Shown: one piece after another, positions 38,090 through 51,226 of the stretch
Numbering within the stretch: position 1 is the first letter of the stretch
How the letters are laid out: every line of letters begins with the position of its first letter
Source of the DNA: the human T2T-CHM13v2.0 reference genome, Homo sapiens
Length of the DNA stretch: 64,000 nucleotides
Assembly: GCF_009914755.1 (NCBI RefSeq)
Contig: NC_060934.1
Direction: 5' to 3' (one strand)
The notes under the pieces: model-generated
Seen by the model: only the letters and a program-made list of their open reading frames with translations
What the model was told of the DNA's origin: nothing
Databases searched by the model: none
Made by a program: the position numbers and the translations under genes

Positions 38090-40490
38090 TACATTTTCGG
38101 TGTCCATTTCAATGAAGTTTCAACACCTGATTACGCTGATGTTACTCACCACCCAAACAAGATCAAGACATAGAACAATTTATAGCACCGCAGAAAGCTC
38201 CTTTATGTTTGCTGTAGACCAGAAGTCTCTCCCCCTGGGAATAATCAATGTTCTTTCTTCTATTAAGTTTTGTCTGTTCTTGAAAATCATATAAATGGAA
38301 TAAGATAGCATGGTAGATGGCCACTATATGCAGCTCTAATGTGGTTCTAACAGCCTTTGCCTTCTAATATTCCTATCCTTGTACAGACTCCTCCCCTGGG
38401 GTGTGGACTGGACTCAGTAACTTGCTTGTAGTGAATAGTATTTGGCAAAAATGATGGGGTATCACTTCTGAGATTAGGTTACAAAAGACTTTGGCTTTCA
38501 TTTTGATTTTGTGGTCTCTGGCTCTCCTCATTTGCTCTGATGAAAAGCCTTTGTGTTTTTAGCTGCCTTATTGGCAACAACCAATGAAGAATTAAGGCCC
38601 TTGGCCCTATATCCATAGTGAGTGAGGGAAGCAAATCTTCCCTCAGTTGAGCCTTGAGATTACGGTAGCCTGGCTGACATCTTTCGTAATGCCTTGTGAA
38701 AAATTGTGAGCTGGAAGACCCAGGTAAGATGTACCTGCATTCCTGACCCACAAAAATTGTGAGACAATAAATATCTGTTGTTTTAAACTGTTCAGTTTTG
38801 GAATAATTTGTTACACAGCAATAGATAGCTAATATGTATAATCCTTGTATTCTCTTTTTTGTTAAGGGTTTTTTTCAATTAACATTATGTCTGTGAGATT
38901 TAACCCTGTGGATATATATAACTTTAGTTTGTTCTTTTTATTTCTCCATAGTATAGGAATATATCCAAATTATCTATCTATTCTGTAATTCATGGACATC
39001 TGACTTGTTTCCAATTTTTGGCTATATGAACATTCCTGTACATTTTTTGGACATCTGTACTCATTTCTTTGGCATATATACCCAAGGGTAGACTAGCTGG
39101 GTCATAAAGTAGATTTTAGTAGATACCACCAAGTAATTTTCCAGAGTGGTTGTACCGATTCTACTCCCTCCAGCAATGGATGAGATTTCTAATCATTTCA
39201 CTTCCTTGCCAATGCCTAATTTTTTTTAACGTTTTTCATTTTAGTCATTCTGTTGGGTATGGTGATAAATCCCATTGTGGTTTTTAATTCAATTACTGAG
39301 ATGTTGAGCATTTTTCATATGCCTAATGGCCATTTGGATATATTCTTTAGTAAAATGCCTGTTCAAGTATTTTGTCCATTTTATATTGCATTGTCTATTT
39401 TTAAGTTAGATTTGTAAGTTCCTTATTTTCTGGACTTGACTTCTTTGTCAGATATATTTATTGTAGATATCTTCTTACAGTCTGTTCTTAATTTTAATGA
39501 AATACAATTGAGTGTTTTTTTCTTTTAAGGTTATAAAATCTTTGTCTATTCCAAGGTCAGGGAGATAGTCTCCTATGTTTTATTCTAGAAGTTTTATTGT
39601 TTTAATGTTCACATTTAGGCTCGTGATTCTTCCAGAATTTGTTTTATGTGTTGAGTGTCTGATGTGACGAAGGGGGCCAATTTCATTTTCTTTTCTCATA
39701 TAGAACTCCAGATGGCCCAGCACCATTTACTGGAAAGATGTCTTTGTTGCAAATCAGGCGTCTTACTTGTGTGTCCATTTGTGAACTTTCTATTTGGTTC
39801 CATTGCTCTATTTTCCTATCCTAATACCAACATCACACTGTGTCAATACTGTAGCTTTATAATCAATCTTATTATTTGGTAATCTAAGTTTGCCAATCTT
39901 ATCTTTTTTTCCTTCATAATTGTCTTGGCTGTTTTGGACTGTTTGTGTTTTCATAAACATTTTAGAATCACTTGCCAATTTCCACAAAAAAATCCTGCTA
40001 GGATTTTAGGGTAGGATTATATCAGTCAGTAAGCTTGGGGAAGAGGAACCTTTTTAAATTTTCCTTAATTTCTCTCAGCAGTGTTTCATACTTTTCAGTT
40101 GAAAGGTCTTGCACATCTTTCAGTAGATTTATTCCCAGGGATCTGATGCTTTGTGATACCTTAAGTGGGAATTTAAAATTTTTCATTTTCTAATTTTTGT
40201 TCCTAGTATAATCTTTAAATTGGATTTTCATTATGTCATCTGTGAACAAAGGTGTTTTGTGTCTTCATATCTTTTATTTATACCTTTTATTTCATTTTCT
40301 TGCCTTATTGAACAGGTTATGACCTACCCACAGTGTTGAATAGAAGTGGTGGTAGACATAATTCTCTTGTTCCTGAGTTCAGGGGAAAAACATTCAATAT
40401 TTCCCTATGAATCATCATGTTTGCTATAGGTGGTTATGGATGCTTTTTACTAGGTTATGGATAAAAGCCTCTTTTTCAAGTCTAACTTTT
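38090..40490 (-). mobile_element. Older L1 (L1ME/L1MC-type); its 3' tip lies at ~33235-33290; split by L1MB and MLT1
   Basis: ACCACCCAAACAAGATCAAGACATAGAAC, TTTTCCAGAGTGGTTGTACC, GTGTTGAATAGAAGTGGT L1M motifs. Confidence 0.8.
38310..38837 (+). mobile_element. MLT1 (E/F-like) MaLR solo LTR
   Basis: TCACTTCTGAGATTAGGTTACAAAAGAC...TCCTGACCCACA...GTGAGACAATAAAT...TTGTTACACAGCAATAGATAGCTAAT. Confidence 0.88.
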
Positions 40491-43400
40491 GTTGACATCA
40501 TCTAATTGTATGGAAAAAAGGAAAAGCTAATATGTAGAAGGAATAATGATGATAACATGGGTAAGAACAAGAGAAGCAAGAGAGAAAATGAGGTAAAGGA
40601 GTATGTAAAATAGGAGAATAAAAGAATTTTTGGGGTGCCTCCTATGTTCCAGGTGCTCTGAGAGCCAAGTTAACTTGTGATAGGACATAGGGCTAGTGAG
40701 GACTGGAGGCTGGAGGAGAACCCAGATCTTCTGAGAATCAGAGCTTATTCTTTCTACTGCACTCAGAGGAAGAGTAAACAAAGGGGAAGATTTGTAAGGA
40801 AGAGAACAGTTACTCCCAAATCCTCCTGTAAGCCTAGGGCATTGTGTCTTTTTTCTGTCTCTTCCATCTCTTTTTTTTTCTGTTTCTTTCTCAGTCATGT
40901 GATTTCTAGGTCTTGGCCTTGATCTTGAATTTTAACTTGATTTCATTCTGTCTCCAGTGGTCGAATGGTAGTGTGTGCCTTCTCTCCACTTCCATCCAGA
41001 TCATATGAGGTTCTTGTGTTCTGAGACATCTCTTATTTTAATTCAGCTTTTGAGATACCCATTACATAATGCCAGTTCACCCTGGTCACTCAGATCACAA
41101 TGGCTGGGGCATGAGATTAATGGTCATGTCTTTGGTGTCATTGTCAGCACTCTGCAAATCATGGTTATCCAGTGGTCACTGGGACACACAGAATAAGCGG
41201 GTTGAGCAAGGTTCAGGCTGTAGTGAAGGCTGTAACTACCCCTGAGAAGTCCAACCTTTTGTGGTGACAGTCACATTTATCTCCTGTGGCTGTGGACTCC
41301 ATTTCAACCCCAATCTGGGCATGTTTGGGAGAGAGGCTGCTCCCCTGTTGCCTGAGCTTTTGGCAGCTGGGCCAGCTCCCCTGTCGGTTTGCTTTCTCTT
41401 TTGCAAAGTCTATCCTGAGGCTATTATTTGGTTTTCTAGCCTTGTCTGAATTAGGATGGTTCCATTTAAAGTGAAAACAATATAACACAACCTTAAAAAA
41501 GGACTGAAGAAGAAACAGAATAAAGAGAGGTTGAATGCAAATGTGTTTTGCAGTGTTTTAATGTATTCGGGATGTTCCTCTAACATTAGCCAGCCTGTCG
41601 CAGCCTGCCCAGGAACCTGGTGCATTTGTTGTGTGGCAGAAAACGTTGCTGAAGAAGAGGCTGAGGTTTGGGCTGAGAAGTTGCCTGAGGCCTCCTGAAC
41701 CATCATCTTCATTATTGAAACATTAAACACCCTTTGGTCCCCAGGGCTTGCTATCAGAGCAGTTGGCTCAGAGGACGAAATGTGGCAGGAATGAGGCCAT
41801 TATCTGCCATTATCCTGTTGTTCTGTAAGATATCCCTATATCCCACCTATATCCCACCCCAGTAGCCAGTTGTTTCTCAGTGTGACTTTCTGGAGAAAGT
41901 GTGGATAAATCAAGATCATCCATCTTCATTCCTGGAAACATAGGGGGTGAAGAGAGAGAGAGAGAGACTGACTGCATATGCTTAGCAAAGAGGACCAATC
42001 TCATTATTACATTTAAAATATTTGTTTCCTCCCTTTTGCAGTGTTTTAAAGTATGAAGGATGATGACCAGACATTTGTTTAAAGCAGGAGGCACACCCAC
42101 TTCCCAGGAGCTTGCATTCTAGTAATGACATAATCCATGTCAATGTTAGACACATGTGTGCATGGTCTGGCCTTCAAACAATTAAACAATTGTGAGGTTG
42201 CCGAAGTTAAATTTCTTACCTGGGCATAGACCCATTGAAGCAACAATAAAGGGAGTGTACTTTAAGAATACACATGGAAGACATCTTTAGGCTTTAGTAA
42301 TAAAAAGCCCTATTTGATCAAGGAGGTTCTCGTTATTTGGGATAGACTGGTTGGGTGAACTAGACCCAGTTCACACAAGTGACTTATAGAGAGTTCAGAG
42401 CTGAGAAAGCAGCTGTTAAGTGCGTTCCTATGTGTAAGCACGTACACATCCCTGGCACATAGTAAGTGTTCTGTCAATATTAGTGAATATGACTATTATT
42501 GATGAAACAGAAGTAAAGATTAAAAACCATCTGAGTCTGGTAACCAAATCCCTAGGTTCAGAGTTTCTTTCATTTAGGATAAAAGACACTGGCCAGTGCT
42601 GGAAAGTGAGTTAGACTGGATGTGTCCACATGTTTGTAAATGTTTTACCTGCCTCTTTGATGATTCTTCTTGGCCTAACCTAATAGGGCATGTGCTCAGG
42701 ACTTGCTGCCCCTACTGTTAGCCTCCTGAGGGCAGGGACCACATCTGTCCCAGTATTTCCTAGCCAGTAGAATATGATATGCTCAAAATATATTGTTGCA
42801 ATAATTGAATGATATTTTCAAAATGAGTCAGCAACATCTGTGGTATCCCTCAAAGTTGATACTATGGAGGTTTAAAGAAATAATAGGAACATGCCCATCA
42901 CAAAGCCCTGCTCTGTTTCCTCCCCTCCCAGTGTTATGTTCAGCTCTTGGAGCCCAAGCCAAACAAGAGAATCATTCACTGAGGGAAAGCAGGACAGGGA
43001 AGGATACTGGCACCCTATTGTAAAATAAACCATTACAAATATAGGTTCATTTACTCTGGAGGAGAGAAGACTTTGGGAATGAAAGTTCTAAACATTTGAA
43101 GGGCTTTTATACAGAAGAAGGATAAGAATTGTTCTCTGTGGCCTCAGAGGACAAAAGTTAGAATGTGGATGAGAAGTTGCAAGGAGGTAGAGTTTCTTGC
43201 ACCATAAAGAGGAACTATGCCATGGAGAGAAGTGGTTGGCAGAGTCCTGGGATCTGTTTGGGTACCTGCTGAGTGGTTAATGTGTGTGCAAGATTTTGGA
43301 ATCTACCTTCAGAATTTCTTATAAAGTAGAAATTAAATAAGATGAGAACTGGGGTCTCTTTCTTGTGGGGAGGGAAGTAAAAGCTGTTGTAGTGGCCCAG

Positions 43401-44569
43401 GTAGACCACTTAGGGCTGCTGAGAACGTTGTCTACCTTGAAAGAGAAATGAAGGGACCCACCAGTTACTATGAATCAGGAATATTACCAGATGCTTTCTT
43501 TACATAGAGTTACTTGTCTCATAACACTGGGAGGTTAGTATTGAAGGAAACATACTCACAGAGGTAGAGTAACCAGTCCAGGGCTCACTTTTCCTGTCTT
43601 AATCCTCTCCTGGAATACTGTGTTGTCAACTGGATCCCCTTTACACCAAATCTACTTTTTCTTCATCGAAATAAATGACTCTTGGGTAGAATATCCCTGC
43701 CTCAAACTGTTCTGGAACTTTCTTCAGGGACTTGGATGGCCTTCTAAGTACTGGATTTTGCCTTGTCAGTCAAGACCTTCTTCTCTTTCCTGCAGAGTCC
43801 TTGCCGAGGGCTCTTGATTGCAACATTCCATTTCTTTCCTTCTGCCTTGGTGGAGGGTTTCAGAGAGCCTTCTGTTGACCTTCTTTTAATTGCTAATAAT
43901 TATTCAATTTTATATAGCCCACAGTGATAAATATTCATGAAAAGCACAGTGTATCAAGATCCAACACTTTAAGCTATTGTGTTTTTTTAATTAAACTGAA
44001 ACATGGGATTAAATGCAATAAAACGAAAAAAAGAGAGAGCATATATTGTTATCTATTTCAGTCCTGCTGTGAGACTGCATGGGAGGCCGATAGGAAACCT
44101 TGACCTGGGTGCTGCAGTGTTCTGTCCTAAAGTATGTAAAGGAGACCTCTAAAACATCTGGACCGGCTGGATTCATTCATTCATTCACACATTTATTCAT
44201 TAATTCACTCAGCACACATTTACTGATTGCTACCATGAGCCTTCCTAGTGCCTCTCAGAGGGATACAAATAGACTAGAACAGGGACCCCAAGGAGCTCAC
44301 TGTTGAGTCCTAGATGAGGCAGCTGCATGAATCAGCCATGCCAGAGTTGCATAGTAAATACAAGCAAGCACATAAAACAGCATTCACACGGGGGCAGTGA
44401 GCAGCTGCCTGGGGTGGTAGATGTGGTGTTGTAGAGGTGGTGGTCCCCATCAGGACTTAATACTTTATTAGTCCTGCCTTCAGTGCATCTTTTCTCAACC
44501 TAGTGAGTCTCATCTCTAGGCGTGTGCCAGAAGCAGGCCACCGACCTTCTCCTCTTTCCCTGGAGAGGC

Positions 44570-44825
44570 TGTCCCCCGTGTGGACTCTGAAGTCAGGCTG
44601 CATGGGTTCAAATCCCAGCGCTGCCACTTCCCAACTGCATAACCGTGGGTGAGTCATTTGACCTCCCCATGCCTTAGTTTCCTTATCTGTAAAATGGGGA
44701 TAATTCATAGAACCTACTGTATAGGATTGTTGTGAGGGCTAAACTAGTAACTGCACGTGAGGGGCACAGACCAGTGTCTGGCACACTCGAAGTGCCAAAA
44801 TGCTGACACGCGTTATTATTATTTG
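44570..44825 (+). mobile_element. MIR SINE, well preserved
   Basis: GGGTTCAAATCCCAGC...GCCTTAGTTTCCTTATCTGTAAAATGGGGATAAT...GGATTGTTGTGAGG. Confidence 0.92.
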
Positions 44826-45029
44826 TGCCGAGGCCTTGGCCCATGACTTCCAGGTTCTCTGGAGGGCTCTTGTGAGGTTTTGCTCTGTAGGAAGCAGGCA
44901 AGCTGCAGGTGCGCCCTTGTGGAGAGTTCTGAATCGCTCCTGAGAGTTTCTCTCAAGCACCAGCAAGAAGGAGGCAACGAAAAGCCTTAGCAAATACCTC
45001 CCAGACCACCAGCCTTCAGAAGGAGCAGG

Positions 45030-45520
45030 AGGCCAGGCAGGCCCTGCGGGGAACAGAGAGCAGGAGGGACAGGCGCCAGGGCAGAGAGCAAACTCCCTAG
45101 GACCCCACCTTCCGCAGAGCTCCGCCTCGGTTCCCCTCTCTCCCGGGAAGAGGACCAGCTTGCGCATGCGCTTGGGCGTAACACATGCCGGTCTCCCTGC
45201 TTTCCCACTTTAAAACGGGAAATGTACGTTATTTATTTGCAGCGCAGGCATGGGGAGACGCTCATGAATCAGCATGGGGATTTTCTCCAAGTAAACAAAC
45301 CCACTTTCTGGAGAGGCGGTTGCTTTTTCCAGCCTGAGAGATGAGAGAGAGCTGGAGAGCGCAGCAGTGCCGCAGGCTTCCTGGCACCCTGGAGTCCTTT
45401 CCCGGGCCGACTCCGTCATCCTCCCCCGCCCCTGCCTGCAGTGTGGGGGCTGCTGAGCGAACCCAGGCCCCAGCCCTCCCACGGAACACCACCAGGCTCG
45501 TCTTTTTGCGTCAATTCACC
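45030..45520. promoter_or_regulatory. Orphan intronic CpG-rich element with NRF1 motif
   Basis: Local CpG enrichment; TGCGCATGCGC at 45161-45171; GC box CCCCGCCCC ~45424; CRE half-sites. Confidence 0.6.
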
Positions 45521-46345
45521 CAATAGCTGTTTGAAGTCCAAGATGGGCTTCCAGGGGCTGTGGGCTGAGGAAGAGGCTCTGGGGCAAGGCTTGGTGGGAT
45601 GAACAGTTCAGGTTGATTTTGCTTAGGGGCCTTGGTTTGCACTCTAGCCCTGTGTGGCTTTTAGGGAATCACCAGCCCTCTCTGAGCCTAGGTTCTTTCT
45701 CCATCACTAGGGGATTGATCAGAGTTGAAGCCAGAGTCTTTCCCATGGCCAGTTGCACCCTCACCTCATTCCTGTCTGCTCCTCTAGCTTCCTGGGTCCA
45801 TCTACACTAGCCTCTCTGTTCTCCAATACCCCAGTAAAGCTCCTGCCCCAGGGCCTTTGCATGGACGGCTCCCTTTCTCGGAATGCTCTGTCCCCTGATA
45901 GCTGCATGGTTCATTCTCTCCTCTTCTGGTTTTTACTTAAATGTGTCTTCTCAGTCCTGTCCTGGCCACCCAGTCTAATACTATGTTCCCCTCCACATAT
46001 TTCTCTTTTTTTTCCTGCCTTAGTTTTCCTCCTGTAAATGTCCTGCATATTGTATATTTTAATGATTTATCTATTGATTGCCTGTCCTCTGGTGGGAATG
46101 CAGTCTCCATGAAGACAGATTTTGTCTGTTTTGTTTCCAGGCTGCCATGTGATACTGTGAAGGGGCTGGTGGGGGGAGTATTATAGAGGTGGGGAAACTT
46201 AGCAAGGCAAGGTGGTAGAAACATTTTGTGATTGTGTGCTTTCTGGTTCTCTTTTATTTCCAGAGCTGTGAAATTTAGTGGCCTCTCCAGAAAGCAGTTT
46301 GTTTACTTGGAAAAAATCTTCATGCTAGTTCATGAGCATCTCACC
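45252..46345 (+). repeat. Long-range imperfect inverted repeat (arms 45252-45376 and 46225-46345)
   Basis: Hand alignment: 45260-45317 pairs with 46337-46281; 45338-45363 pairs with 46260-46235. Confidence 0.92.
45718..46145 (+). mobile_element. L2 3' fragment (inside the loop of the inverted repeat)
   Basis: CCCCAGGGCCTTTGCA...GAATGCTCT...CTCCATGAAGACAGATTTTGTCTGTTTTGTT. Confidence 0.82.
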
Positions 46346-46414
46346 TGGCACACCTGGCCCAAAGTAGGTGTCTAATAGTTGGTGAATGAATGAATATGAG
46401 GCCAGGTCCTGGGG

Positions 46415-46600
46415 CTGCATGGCCTGGACTCTTGCACGTATCACCTTTGTGAAGCTGGGCCAGTTTCTTAGCCTCTCTGGCTTTGGCTCCCTTTCCTGTA
46501 AAAAGGGGTTAATGATGTAACTACCTTGTAAGGTTGTTGGAGGACTCTGTGTGAATCTGAATAAGGCCTGAACCTTATAAGTCCTCAGCAGGTTAGCTTT
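46415..46600 (+). mobile_element. MIR SINE
   Basis: GGGCCAGTTTCTTAGCCTCTCTG...CTGTAAAAAGGGG...GGTTGTTG. Confidence 0.72.
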
Positions 46601-48798
46601 TATTTTTAAAAGTACTTTCAGCTCTAACATTCTAATTCCAGGCAGAGGGGTGCCTCCTATGGAACTTGGGTCAAGTCCTTAAGGAATAACTTATGTAGGC
46701 AATAGGATGGTTAATGCATCCTGCCTCCCAGGCTGCTCTGGAAGAGGTTGGGGGCTGCTGGTCAAATTGCAGGAGATGCAGCTTTCTCCAGCATATTTAT
46801 TTTGCTAAAATCATTGAAGAAACACAGCTAGGCAGAAAAGTATTCCAAAATGACACCTGCGTTAGGAAACTTGGAGGCTGTGGGTCTGGTACCAGGAGGA
46901 AGGTTGGGATGGAGGGGTCTGGCCCTGGCTCCTGAAGCAAACCATGAACTGCTCTTGAGGGCAGATGCAGCAGCCCCTGAAGCTCTCTGCTTTCTGCTCC
47001 TGAGTCTTGCTCAGGCCTGGTCCAGGATTTTATCTAGTTGTTCAGCTCTTCCCTGGCATCATGGCCATTGTGGGGGCCATTGGCTTTTAGCCAGTACTCT
47101 GGGATCTCTACCTACCCTTGACATCTAAGCATGCTTTGGCTCAGGGCCTCACAGACCACAGAAGCAGGCCCTAAATGTCCTAGGAGTAGGGACACTTGTC
47201 CTCAACCTGGTGCATCCCCAGCCAACTTTACAGTGGACCATTCAAGTCAAGGTAACATTGGACCTGGGTCATGAAGAGTCCAGGGAACAAAAGAAGACTT
47301 TGAGAAGGAGAAAGCCTTTTTAAATTTGGGGCACAGTACTCAAATAGGAAGTTTGAGTACAAGTCTGTGTTTGCCTCTTGGTCTTAGAGACAGGATACAC
47401 TTCTCAGGGCTAAAGTGCCCAAGACTCCACGTACTTTGGATTCAGATAGAGCAGATGCTTTGAAATGAATCCTCACTGCCCACTTCTGTTCCTCATAATT
47501 GTTCTTTATGGGGAAGATAAAAGAAGTGGCCAGCTAAGACCTATCTGGTGAGTCAGTATATCTTCCAGGATGATTTTTGCCCTCAGCATGAAGCCTTGAG
47601 TAAGAGAGGAGTGACCAGGAGAGAAAGGTATTTTTACCCTTTTGCCTTGATGCTATCATGATGGCTCATTGTATAGATGCTGTGGGTAATTTTTAGTGCC
47701 AGGTGGTATTTGTCACCTGATTTTTGTCCCAGCCAAACAGCAGCTTGGAGAGGGGAAGCTAGGTATGGGAGGGATTGGCCTTAGGACTTAGAAGTGACAG
47801 GCTCGCCAGTTGGCTCCCTGGCAGCACCAGTGGCTGGCAAGGTCTGGAATGGGTCCCTCCACATCTATGAAAAGTCTTATTGTCCAGCCAAACAAACAAT
47901 TTGCTTATTCCTGCTGCATGTGTTTGGTAAGCATCTTCTATATGCTGGGCTCAGGGCTCTATGCTGGGGATACAAGATAGTAAGACCAAGGCCCTCTCAT
48001 TGAGTTATAACCATCTCAGAGGAGAGCCTTAGAAAGCCTGCAAAGCTCTCTAATAGGGGTCTATAGAAAGCTCTATAGTAACAGAGAATGTTGTCTACAT
48101 TTACATGCTATCACCTCCACCAGGAGAGTTCACAGAAGTGACACAGTTACTGTATCTTGAAGTTTCCAGGAATCAAGGTGGTAATTCTGCTGTGGCTCAG
48201 GGATGGCTCTGGCACGAGGCACCCCTGGTCTTGACACTCTCCAGGGATGTGACCCTGGACTGGTAAAGGGCTGTGAGTCTCAGCTTCCTCAGCTGTAACC
48301 CAGGAAGCATGGTACCACCTTATAGGGTGGCTGCGAGGATTAAAGGAGGTGCCATTCATAAAGCATGCCTGGCATGTGGCAGGGAATGGAGCTGTTATCA
48401 TTCTGTAAGCACTATGGTGCTTTGCTTCATTTCTTATTCCTATCTTTAATTGGTGATTTGGTTGCATTCTCTGGAATAGTGACATACAGAATAGGGGAAG
48501 CCCATTCATTCATTCAGTTAATTCCTCCAATTTTTCAACATTTTTTGAGCACCCACTGTGTGCCCGGCACGGGAGCCACCCCTGGGACACAGATGTAGGT
48601 AAGGCTGACTCCTTGCCCTTGAACATTGGCAGGGGCTGCGGTGTGTTTGTGGCTCCTCAGTGGACCCTGCTGCTGCTCAGCCCTCTTCCACCACTGGCCA
48701 CTCGTGGGATCTGTGGGCAGTTTTTTTTCACTGCTTCTGTTCTTCAGATATCTCAACTGAAGAATGAGGATAATGATAATATCAATTTTATGATATAG

Positions 48799-49181
<383 letters not shown>

Positions 49182-49759
49182 TGAAAGTACTCAATAGATA
49201 TTGATGTTGATGAATAGCTGGAATATAGACAAATAAATAGATAGCAGACATGCAATGCAAAAAGCCCTGAAAGAAGACTGAACTAAGCATTGTAGGAGCA
49301 CAGAGGAAGCACAGACTCTGCCTACAAGGCAAAGAGAAAGGATGCTGCTCTGTGTCCAAGAATGAGCTCACTGGTCACCCTGGGTTGCTTCTAACACCCA
49401 GGCTGCTACTCCCTGGTTCCACTGGAATCCTACAGTGGGCAGGAGCTTCTGGGACCATCTACCAGTGTTCTTCTGGAGTGAGATCATGGGGCCATGAACC
49501 TGGGATCAGCTCTCCCTGCCCACCCAGGAGGAAGAGGCAGCAGCTGCAAAGGTTGCCTGCATGAGGTGCTCTAGCATATCCTGACCTAGGTCACATCCCT
49601 CCTGTCTGTTTGAACAGTTTCTAAACCCCTCAGCCAAGCAGTGCCTCTCCCAGTTTATTGAATTGCATTAGTTTTCTAGCCTAAGCCCTGGCCCACCTTC
49701 CCCATCTTTAAGCCCTTAAAAAAACTTACATATGCTTGGAAATAAGGCCCCGTTCTGTA

Positions 49760-49950
49760 TAGTGATTTCCAGTAGGAGCAACGATTAGTGTTTTGGGAAG
49801 GTAGAACATTCTTTGTGGTGCAGGACTATCATGTGCATTGTAGGACTTAGCAGCCCTAGTTCTACCCTTTAAATGTCATTGGTTCCCTCTTCCCTTTGTC
49901 CCCACAAATGTTTTCTAGGGAGTGGAACATCCCCTAGTGAGACCCAGTAG
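49760..49950. mobile_element. MER20-like hAT DNA transposon remnant
   Basis: ATTCTTTGTGGTGCAGGACTATCATGTGCATTGTAGGACTTAGCAGCCCT. Confidence 0.6.
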
Positions 49951-50892
49951 AACTGAGATAGGATAAGTTTTTGCTTCTATTCTGGGCTTCTTTGCTGACA
50001 TTCCTTCGACTTTGGGATTGCCCGGCTCCCTCTTGCCTGACCCTTTTGTCTGTGCCTTACTGGCAGTGAGATCCTGCAGCCCTGGGGTGGGAGAGAGGGA
50101 GCTCCTGGGAGGAATGGTGTGGTGGGGGAAGTGGATGAAGTGGAATGAAAGTAGGTAGCACAGGCATCTCTTTAGGGACATCTACTCTAATTTCTCTCGC
50201 AGGCCACCATCACTATCTCTGCGGTGGGAGAAGGTCAGGTTGGAGGGTATGGCCTGTTCTTTGGAAGTGAGGCTCTGAGCAGGGGCCTGGCTTTCCTTGA
50301 GGCAACCAGGGGCTCTGTGGGTATGTTCTCTGGTCTTGGTTTTGGGAGGGTGGTAATTTTTGTTGGGGGAGTGGGACAACAGGAGCAGTGGTGACCAGCT
50401 GGGGCATGGGGGCAGGAGCACAGGGAATGGTGGAAGGGAGTCACCAACTGCTGCAGGCTTAGACTGGAGTGACTTCAGCTTCCTGACTCACCCCTGCACC
50501 AGCCTCCTGGATAAATAAAGTAACAACCAATCGTCGTGAGCTCTGGACACCCACAGTTGGTAAATTGCAGAGATGAAAAGCCAGGTCCCTGTGAGACCAG
50601 TTCTACTCTGAGGTAATAGCCAGGAAGACTCAGGAACCCTGGGGGAGAGCCATTTGGATTCAGAAGGCCACACAAGTCTTCTCTCTCCCCCATTTTTTCC
50701 TCCTTTGTTCTTTCTCCTTATGCATTCCTATCTGTCCAGTACCCATCCTTCCCTCTTCCCTCCTTGTCATCAAAACCTCTCACTGCACATGATGGAAAAG
50801 ATCCAGGATCCTGGGAGGAGCCCTGTGTAGTTGGTGGTCCCTCTTAGAACCACAAACCCACCCCGTCTCAGGATCCTCATACATCTGTTTGT

Positions 50893-51226
50893 CCATGTAT
50901 CCATTCATTCATCCACCTACCCATCCATGCATCCATCTGTCAGTCCACCCATGCATCCATGCATCCGTCTTTCCATCTGTCAATCCATCTATCCATCCAT
51001 CCATCCATCTATGTATCCATGCATTCATCTTTCCATTCATCTATCCATCCATCCATGTACCCATCCTTCCATCTATCTATTCATCCATCCATGCATCCAT
51101 GCATGAATTCATCCATCCATGTATGCATCCATCCAGTCATCCATCCATGCATCCATGCATTCATCTTTCCATCCATTTATCCACCCATCCATACATCCAT
51201 GCATTCATCCATGCATCCATCCATTC
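50893..51226. repeat. (CCAT)n degenerate simple repeat
   Basis: ~330 bp of CATC/CATG/CATT units. Confidence 0.95.
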
